Notes under the pieces: generated by a model | What the model was told of the DNA's origin: nothing | Seen by the model: the letters and a program-made list of their open reading frames with translations, nothing else | Databases searched by the model: none | Made by a program: the position numbers and the translations under genes | Assembly: GCA_041389745.1 (NCBI GenBank) | Contig: JAWKRF010000008.1 | Location: 216,500 to 280,499 of the forward strand | Origin: Polyangiaceae bacterium | GTDB taxonomy: Bacteria; Myxococcota_A; Polyangia; Polyangiales; Polyangiaceae | Direction: 5' to 3' | Length of the DNA stretch: 64,000 nucleotides | Shown: positions 57,643-64,000 of the stretch, one piece after another | Layout: each line of letters begins with the position of its first letter | Numbering within the stretch: position 1 is the first letter of the stretch

Positions 57643-59105
57643 CAGCCGACCTTTCTCGAGCTGGACTGCGCCGGGGAGTCCGGGGCGGTGTCGAACCAGA
57701 ATTTCTCCAGCAGCTTGCTCAGCATGCGACGCCGGTAGTCGGCGCTCCCTCGCTGGTCCGTCATGGGGGTGAAGACGCCGTCGAGCGCCGGCAGCGCCAG
57801 CTCCAAGGCGGGACGACCCCAGCGCTGGCCAACGAGAGCCTGCTCCGCCGCGCTGGCGCGCACCGGGGTCGCTGCGACGCCGCCGTATGCCAGCCGGGCG
57901 CCGTCGATCACGCCGTCCCTGGTGCGTAGCGCGAAGCCGGCGGCCACCGTCGAGATGTCGTCGAACTCGCGCTTGGACACCTTGTAGAAGCGCGCGATTT
58001 CGGGCTGCGGCAGCGGTATCCGTACGGATTTGATGAGCTCGGAGGAGCCGCGCAGTGTCTCTCGGTAGCCGGTGAAGAAGTCGGCGAGCGCGACCCAGCG
58101 CTCTCCATCCTTGCTCGCCAGGCACACCTCGGCGTCCAGCGCCAGCAGCGCGGGCGGCGAGTCTCCGATGGGTGACGCCGTGCCCAGGTTGCCGCCGAGG
58201 GTCGCGCGCGCACGGATCAGCCGGGAGGAGAACAGCGGGAGCAGCTCACCGAGCAGCGGCACCTCTTCGCCGAGCTCTGCCTCCACGCGTCCCAGGTTCA
58301 CGCCAGCGCCGATCTCCAGGTACTCCTCGCTGCGTCGAACCTGCTGTAGCTCCTCGATGCCCTCGAGGAGCAGCGCGCGCTCGAGGCGACGGTGGCGCTG
58401 GTTCAACTCCACCACGACGTCGGTGCCGCCCGCGACCAGCTGAGCGCCCGGGTATTCTGCGAGGTACTCCAGCGCCTCGCGGAGCCTCGTGGGGCGAAAC
58501 AGGAAGCGCTCGCCCTCGTCAGCCTGGAAGCTGAGCTCCAGCTTCTCCACCGGGGGCGCGGGGGCCGAGAGACGCCGAGCGAACTCGTCTTGGCTCCCCG
58601 ACTGGAGCACGGGCAGGCTCCGCCCGGCGTCGACTATGGGACGATAGCCCGTGCAGCGACACAGGTTGCCGCCGATGCTCTCCCGGTCGAACCCGGTCAC
58701 CGCTCGATCCTTGCGGTAATACTCGGCGAACAGACTGACCACGAAGCCAGGCGTGCAGTAGCCGCACTGCGAGCCGGCGTGTTCGATCATGGCCTTCTGG
58801 ACCTCGTGAGGTTCGAGGTCCAGTGCCCCTGCTGAGCCTGGTGCCCTCACCCCCTCGATCGTGATCACCTCACGACCAGCGACGGCGCCCATCAGGAGCA
58901 GGCAGCTGTTCACCGGGAGATAGCGCGAGCCATCGCCATCCTTCACCACCAGAGCGACGGCGCAAGCGCCGCACTCTCCTTCGGCGCAGCCCTCCTTGGT
59001 GCCGGTGTGACCCTGGTCACGCAGCCAGCCGAGCAGGGTGGTGTTTGGGTCGATGTCCCGGGCCACGACTTCGCGGCCGTTCAGCGTGAAATGGATGGTG
59101 TGCAT
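57642..59105 (-). CDS. xdhA: xanthine dehydrogenase small subunit (2Fe-2S plus FAD-binding domains)
   Basis: ATG at 59105 (MHTIHFTLNGREV...). GTKEGCAEGECGACAV and GSQCGYCTPGF iron-sulfur motifs, then an FAD-binding-5-like region (AGGTDVVV). The stop shares one nucleotide with the xdhB start (TGATG). Confidence 0.88.
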   Translation of the reverse strand: MHTIHFTLNGREVVARDIDPNTTLLGWLRDQGHTGTKEGCAEGECGACAVALVVKDGDGSRYLPVNSCLLLMGAVAGREVITIEGVRAPGSAGALDLEPHEVQKAMIEHAGSQCGYCTPGFVVSLFAEYYRKDRAVTGFDRESIGGNLCRCTGYRPIVDAGRSLPVLQSGSQDEFARRLSAPAPPVEKLELSFQADEGERFLFRPTRLREALEYLAEYPGAQLVAGGTDVVVELNQRHRRLERALLLEGIEELQQVRRSEEYLEIGAGVNLGRVEAELGEEVPLLGELLPLFSSRLIRARATLGGNLGTASPIGDSPPALLALDAEVCLASKDGERWVALADFFTGYRETLRGSSELIKSVRIPLPQPEIARFYKVSKREFDDISTVAAGFALRTRDGVIDGARLAYGGVAATPVRASAAEQALVGQRWGRPALELALPALDGVFTPMTDQRGSADYRRRMLSKLLEKFWFDTAPDSPAQSSSRKVG

Positions 59106-59258
59106 GATCGAATCGTCGAGTGACTCGCAGGTCCTGCTTCCGCGGCGCAGACGCGAGGGCTCCTCGCAGGCGCGTTCACGAGAGCTGTACCTTGTATTCT
59201 CCGGGTGCGACTCGAGCAAGCGCGCGCAGCCGGGAGCCGCGCTCGCCCTGCGAGGGAG

Positions 59259-60101
59259 TCAATCGGTGGCGCTGAGCAGGCGCTCGACCTGGGCCTGATC
59301 GAGTCGCAAATGCGCCCCGATTTCGCCGCGTTTCGTGCCTCCTCCTCGCGCCACTGCGCGTAGCGCGATCAGCTCGGCGACCACGCTGACAGCGATCTCG
59401 TCGGGGGTCACCGCGCCGATGTCGAGGCCGACCGGCGTGAACACGCGCGACAGGTCCGGCAATTTTCCCTTGGCGCGGAGCCGCTGCAGCACCCGAGCGA
59501 TCTTGCGCCGACTGCCGATCATGCCGAGGTACGCGTGGGGCAACGCGCCGAAGCAAGCGAGGGCCTCCTCGTCCAGCCGATGGTCGTGAGTGACGATCAG
59601 GAGCCAGTCGTGTGGCGAGGGTGCGAGCTCCTCGGCGGCCTCCCGCGGCTCCTTCAAGATGCGTTTGCACATGGGAAACCTCGCGGCGTCGTTGAACTCC
59701 TCGCGGGCGTCGACGATCACCGGGGCGAAGCCGACGCGAGCAGCGAGGGGGGCGGTTGCCTGGGCGACGTGGCCGGCGCCCAGCACGATCAGCCGAGGCG
59801 CGCCCTCGATGGCTTCCATGAACACCTCCATCCGACCCCCACAACACATGCCGAGGTCACGGATCAGATCCCAGCTCTTGGTGCGTCCGGGGCTGCCACT
59901 CAGGCAATCTTCGAGTTGCTCCAGCACGGCTTCTTCGATCGCTCCGCCTCCCACGGTGCCCACGCGGGAGCCGTCCCTGCGCAGCAACAGGCGCGCCCCC
60001 AGCACCTGTGGGGTCGAGCCGCTGGTTCGGGTGACGGTGGCCAGCGCACCCCGCTCGCCGCGCTCGAACAGCTCCAGCACGGCCTGCATCACCTCACGCA
60101 T
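59259..60101 (-). CDS. xdhC: XdhC/CoxI-family accessory (Moco insertion) protein
   Basis: MREVMQAVLELFERGERGALATVTRTSGSTPQ N-domain and a Rossmann-like LIVLGAGHVAQA C-domain, typical of XdhC. Confidence 0.85.
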   Translation of the reverse strand: MREVMQAVLELFERGERGALATVTRTSGSTPQVLGARLLLRRDGSRVGTVGGGAIEEAVLEQLEDCLSGSPGRTKSWDLIRDLGMCCGGRMEVFMEAIEGAPRLIVLGAGHVAQATAPLAARVGFAPVIVDAREEFNDAARFPMCKRILKEPREAAEELAPSPHDWLLIVTHDHRLDEEALACFGALPHAYLGMIGSRRKIARVLQRLRAKGKLPDLSRVFTPVGLDIGAVTPDEIAVSVVAELIALRAVARGGGTKRGEIGAHLRLDQAQVERLLSATD

Positions 60102-60218
60102 CGGGGCTTCCTTTCACGCGGACCAGCGCGGCGCAAGGCGAGCCGCGCGGGGCGTTGCCGTTGCTCACGGGTGTCGAGTCGTCCGTCGCGGAGCACACCT
60201 CCCCACCCTGGCTGGACC

Positions 60219-60584
60219 TCAGATCGACCTGGAGCTCGCGGGGGAGACCAGGGCCTCGAGCTGATCCGCGAGACGCTGGACCCCCGCGTCCTTGTGTACG
60301 AAGACACCGCCATCGGATGCTCGCAGCCAGATGCGTTCATCCGAGGTTCCGCTGTAGAAGACCGCCTGTGCGACGGCACCCGAGTCGAGCAACGTTTCCG
60401 CGACTTCGATTCCGTCGCCGTCTGGTAGCACGATGTCGAATACGCCACAGTCGTAAGGCCCGGTGCACCCAAGCGCGGCGGTCGCGGACGGCGCTTCGGT
60501 CACGCTGTAGCCCCTCCTGCTCAACTCACGCGAAATCGCCCGGCGAATCACAGGCTCGTCTTCGAGCAGCAGGACGCGGAGCAT
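60219..60584 (-). CDS. stand-alone response-regulator receiver protein
   Basis: MLRVLLLEDEPVIRR...FDIVLPDGDG...VHKD arrangement of receiver residues. No output domain. Confidence 0.8.
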   Translation of the reverse strand: MLRVLLLEDEPVIRRAISRELSRRGYSVTEAPSATAALGCTGPYDCGVFDIVLPDGDGIEVAETLLDSGAVAQAVFYSGTSDERIWLRASDGGVFVHKDAGVQRLADQLEALVSPASSRSI

Positions 60585-60966
60585 GAGGATCTATTTGCAC
60601 TGGCCCTCATGCGACCGCAACCACAGAAGAGCCACACGACGTCACGCTCTCTGGTCTTCGCGCAGATGTTTCGTGCGCGTGAGTAGTCAGGTGGACTGGC
60701 GATTGGGGGCCAGGCTTTCTGGCTCGGTGGCCAGAGTTGGAGGGCCCCAGGGATCGCCGAGCACCGACGCTTGGTGGGCCCTCGATCGACGCTTGGCAGC
60801 GGGCTCAAGGTTTGCCTCGTCCGGCCGTATGCCAGGCTCTGGAGGAATGCGTGGTTTCTCGTCTCCCTCCTGACGGCCCCACCACACCGTTTCCTGGCTA
60901 GGTTTCTCCCAAGCAAGCGAATACCCTCTCGAAGTTGAGGGGGCCCGCGAGGCGCGTAGCGCTTTG

Positions 60967-60982
60967 TCACCCCTGGGGGTGA
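60967..60982. promoter_or_regulatory. palindrome TCACCCC-TG-GGGGTGA upstream of the sigma54 activator gene
   Basis: 7-bp perfect arms with a 2-nt spacer, 64 nt upstream of ATG 61046. The arms resemble the CTCACCCCC repeat core. Confidence 0.4.
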
Positions 60983-61045
60983 TACTTGACCCACCCCATC
61001 GGGGAGCCGCGGTCGAAGCGGACCCCGCTCGAACCTGAATTTGCC

Positions 61046-62401
61046 ATGCGGATAGCTCTGGCCACACGAGACCAAGACCTGATCGAGCAGATCAGCGCCA
61101 TGGCGCAGCGTTGTGGTGCAGAGGTGGATGGCTCGGTGGGCCCGCTACGCCTGCTCTCCTCCAGAGACTACGACGCGCGACTGATCGAGTGTCGCCTGCT
61201 CGATGCACGTCAAGAGCCAAGTCTCGGAGGGGTGGAGCTCGGGCCTGACGACTGGCTTCTGCTGCTCCGGGAGAGCTTGCCCGACGGGGGTGTCGGGATG
61301 CGCTTGTATGTCGTTCCGACTCATCGGCGGGGCGAGCTGCTCGACCGGATCGAGGAGGTGCTCCCTCGTCGAGCGTGGATTCGCGACGCCGCGGAACAGA
61401 TCCTCGGGGACACCCCTGCCATCCGTCGGGTCAAGGAGCAGATCCGCCGCGTTGCACGTTTCCGTGATATTTCAGTGCTCGTGCTCGGGGAGACGGGTAC
61501 GGGCAAGGAGCTCGTCGCCGAGGCGGTGCACCAGCTGGCCAGCGGTGACCGCGACCCGTTCGTGGCCATCAACTGTGCTGCGATCCCCGCGGAACTGTTC
61601 GAGAGCGAACTCTTCGGCCACGAGGCAGGCGCCTACACGGGCGCCCGCGGTGCTCGGGTCGGGTTGCTCGAGGCGGCGGGGTCGGGAACCGTGTTCCTCG
61701 ACGAGGTGGGCGAGATGCAGATGCAGCTCCAGCCCAAGCTGCTGCGGGCCCTGGAGACGCGCGAGTTTCGACGCATCGGAGCGAACACCAGTGTACCGCT
61801 CAAGGCGCGCGTGATCAGCGCGACGAACCGCGGCTTCGGTGACGACGACTCGTCGCTACGCCTCGACCTGCAGTTTCGACTGGCTGGGTTCACCATCGTC
61901 TTGCCCCCGCTCCGGGAGCGCCTGGAGGACATCGAGGTGCTCGCTCGACACTTCGTCGAGAGCTTCGCGGAGCGCCAGGGGATCCACGGCTGTGGCATCA
62001 ACTCCGAGGCGCTCGCGGCGCTGCGCGACCACTCGTGGCCCGGAAACGTGCGCGAGCTGCGGTCGACCCTGGATCACGCGGCGATCCTGTGTGGTGGCAC
62101 GCTGATCGACGCGAGCACCGTCCGCTCCGCGATGAACCAGCTCCAGCGCTACGCGCCAGGGCAGCAGCAACCCAGTGAAGAGAGACCCTCGCGTCGGTCG
62201 AGCGTCGCTCCGCCGAACCTGTTGAGTGGTGAGCGCGTGCGGGGTCTGCTGTCGGAGAACTCGGGGCTGCGCGACATCGAGCGCGACCTGATCCTCTCGG
62301 CGTTCGAGGAATCTGGGCGGAACCTGAGCAAGACGTCCAGGTTGCTCGGATTGCCGCGCACCACCCTGCGCGCGAAGCTGAGACGCTACGGGGCGCTGTA
62401 G
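61046..62401 (+). CDS. sigma54-dependent Fis-family transcriptional activator (degenerate N-terminal receiver-like domain)
   Basis: Walker A GETGTGKE, GAFTGA-variant ESELFGHEAGAYTGA, Walker B VFLDEVGE, and C-terminal Fis-type HTH NLSKTSRLLGLPRTTLRAKLRRYG. The ORF-track start at 60986 is a TTG. Confidence 0.88.
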   Translation: MRIALATRDQDLIEQISAMAQRCGAEVDGSVGPLRLLSSRDYDARLIECRLLDARQEPSLGGVELGPDDWLLLLRESLPDGGVGMRLYVVPTHRRGELLDRIEEVLPRRAWIRDAAEQILGDTPAIRRVKEQIRRVARFRDISVLVLGETGTGKELVAEAVHQLASGDRDPFVAINCAAIPAELFESELFGHEAGAYTGARGARVGLLEAAGSGTVFLDEVGEMQMQLQPKLLRALETREFRRIGANTSVPLKARVISATNRGFGDDDSSLRLDLQFRLAGFTIVLPPLRERLEDIEVLARHFVESFAERQGIHGCGINSEALAALRDHSWPGNVRELRSTLDHAAILCGGTLIDASTVRSAMNQLQRYAPGQQQPSEERPSRRSSVAPPNLLSGERVRGLLSENSGLRDIERDLILSAFEESGRNLSKTSRLLGLPRTTLRAKLRRYGAL

Positions 62402-62434
62402 CGACGGCCGTTCGCGTGGCAGACTCAGCGCCCC

Positions 62435-63844
62435 ATGAACTCCCCAGGTGCCAAGCCCTCAAAGCCATCACCCTCGAGCTGGACGCCGAGCTCCTGGCGG
62501 GCTTTCCCCAGGGCCCAGAGCATCCCCTACGAGCACCCCGAGCAGCTCGATGGGGTGGTCGACGCGTTGACCCGGCTGCCTCCGCTGGTGACGCCCTGGG
62601 AGATAGAGCGTCTCAAGCGCGAGATCGCGGACGCGCAGGCCGGGAGGCGTTTCCTGCTCCAGGGTGGTGACTGCGCGGAGACCTTTGATGATTGCCGTGC
62701 GGATATTATCACCAACCGGCTCAAGATCCTGCTCCAGATGTCGGTGGTGTTGATCCAGGCTGGCAAGCGTCCGGTGGTACGCGTTGGACGCTTTGCGGGC
62801 CAGTACGCAAAGCCCCGCTCGAGGCCTCAGGAGGAACGCGACGGGCAACGGTTGCCGAGCTATTTCGGGGATCTCGTGAACCGCCCGGGCTTCGACCCCG
62901 ACTCTCGCCGTGCGGATCCGAAGCTGCTGGTGGAGGCGTACTGGCACGCCGCCCTCACGCTCAATTTCATTCGCTCCCTGGGCAGCGGCGGCTTCTCCGA
63001 TCTCCACCATCCCGAGTACTGGGATCTCTCCTTCATCGAGCGCGACGACGTCACGGCAGAGCTCAAGGCGAGCTACCGTCGGACCACCGAGCAGCTAGCG
63101 GAGGCCCTGCGCTTCATGGAGGCTCTCGGGGAGGCGAAGGTCGGTGACTTGACGCGGGTCGACTTCTACACCAGCCACGAGGGCCTGAGCCTCGACTACG
63201 AGGCCGCCCAGACTCGGCAGACCGAGCACCACGCCGGCTTCTATGATCTCACGACTCACCTGCCTTGGATCGGTGAGCGCACGCGAGATCTGGACGGCGC
63301 CCACGTGGAGTTCTTTCGCGGCATCCAGAACCCCGTCGGCATCAAGCTCGGGCCCGGCGCCGAGCCGGATGGCGTGCGTCGCCTGCTCGATCGCCTGAAC
63401 CCACAAGACGAACCTGGCAAGGTGGTGCTGATCACCCGGCTGGGTGCGGAGCGGGTGCAGCAGGTCTTGCCCGTGCTGGTGGAAGCGCTCGAGGGCGATG
63501 GTCGCCACGTCCTGTGGGTCTCGGATCCGATGCACGGCAACACCCAAACCACGGCTTCGGGCATCAAGACCCGCAACTTCGACGACATCCTGCACGAAGT
63601 GGAGCGCTCCTTCGACGTCCACGAGTCGCTGGGGTCCCGCCTCGGCGGCGTCCACTTCGAGCTCACCGGAGAGGACGTGACGGAGTGCACCGGTGGAGGG
63701 CTCAGTGAGGCCGATCTGGATCAGAACTACGTCAGCCTCTGCGATCCCCGGCTGAACTACCGCCAGGCGCTGGAGATGGCCTTCCGCATCGGCGAGCGTA
63801 TGAGCAAGAGCCCGGACGTTCGCGGCATGGGTTCTGCAAAGTGA
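62435..63844 (+). CDS. class II 3-deoxy-7-phosphoheptulonate (DAHP) synthase
   Basis: SWRAFPRAQSIPY...LPPLVTPWEIERLKREIADAQAGRRFLLQGGDCAETF and DPMHGNT motifs, typical of plant-like/class II DAHP synthases. Confidence 0.9.
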   Translation: MNSPGAKPSKPSPSSWTPSSWRAFPRAQSIPYEHPEQLDGVVDALTRLPPLVTPWEIERLKREIADAQAGRRFLLQGGDCAETFDDCRADIITNRLKILLQMSVVLIQAGKRPVVRVGRFAGQYAKPRSRPQEERDGQRLPSYFGDLVNRPGFDPDSRRADPKLLVEAYWHAALTLNFIRSLGSGGFSDLHHPEYWDLSFIERDDVTAELKASYRRTTEQLAEALRFMEALGEAKVGDLTRVDFYTSHEGLSLDYEAAQTRQTEHHAGFYDLTTHLPWIGERTRDLDGAHVEFFRGIQNPVGIKLGPGAEPDGVRRLLDRLNPQDEPGKVVLITRLGAERVQQVLPVLVEALEGDGRHVLWVSDPMHGNTQTTASGIKTRNFDDILHEVERSFDVHESLGSRLGGVHFELTGEDVTECTGGGLSEADLDQNYVSLCDPRLNYRQALEMAFRIGERMSKSPDVRGMGSAK

Positions 63845-63845
63845 C

Positions 63846-63866
63846 GCGCGAAGTTTTCGCGCTTTT
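63846..63866 (+). terminator. intrinsic terminator after the DAHP synthase gene
   Basis: GCGCGAA-GTT-TTCGCGC stem-loop followed directly by TTTT, beginning 2 nt after the stop codon. Confidence 0.65.
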
Positions 63867-64000
63867 CCTCTCTCTGTCTTGGGTCTGGACTCGTTGTTGG
63901 TAAGACGTATGTTGCGCGCCGTGAGTTCTCCGGCCGTCCCCTGCCGACCTTGGTGCTTTCCGTATGGAATTACTGGTCCTGGGGTAGTCGGGGTCGCCGC

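Noticed and set aside
60102-61045. Sigma54 promoter (TGGCAC-N5-TTGC) for the receiver-xdh operon.
   Set aside because: The nearest candidates (for example TGGCTC...TTGC on the minus strand near 60620-60640) have the wrong GG-to-GC spacing. No convincing match was found by eye.

Overview
Very GC-rich, densely coding chromosomal segment with about 55 protein genes on both strands. The content points to Myxococcota. Three secreted proteins end in MYXO-CTERM-type tails (GC motif, hydrophobic helix, Arg cluster). There are also MopE-like Cys-rich repeats, many lipoproteins and secreted hydrolases, and a sigma54 enhancer-binding protein. Recognisable genes include groES-groEL with a CIRCE operator, recN, a TIGR03960/TIGR03936-type radical SAM fusion and a class II DAHP synthase. 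Also present are an xdhC-xdhA-xdhB xanthine dehydrogenase cluster, a GH31 glycosidase, an AlgI-like MBOAT, a polysaccharide deacetylase and a MocR-type regulator. The window further holds three DMT/EamA transporters, LOG, BI-1/YccA, CAP-domain, LEA_2 and RDD proteins, an M61-like and a papain-like peptidase, and a cutinase/PETase-like esterase. I found no rRNA, tRNA, CRISPR array, transposase, integrase, phage genes or recognisable defence genes, so this looks like core chromosome rather than an accessory island. I cannot point to a convincing new system with strong evidence. The most system-like unknowns are: (1) a four-gene operon led by the AlgI-like MBOAT with three uncharacterised partners (10288-15039); (2) a divergon governed by a striking 40-bp four-half-site palindrome between a TetR gene and a YkgJ / Pro-Gly-rich membrane protein / histidine kinase / ThrE-exporter gene string; (3) two families of short intergenic repeats. 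One repeat is the 13-mer CTCACCCCCGAAC, which also brackets the radical SAM gene as a perfect 15-bp inverted pair. The other is a ~47-nt hairpin element present three times. Other points of interest are an RRM protein with a long RGG/GGY tail, a PGRS-like glycine-rich beta-helix protein and candidate operators for the MocR regulator. All functional calls come from motif recognition by eye in the supplied translations. No database search was run, and many start codons are uncertain.
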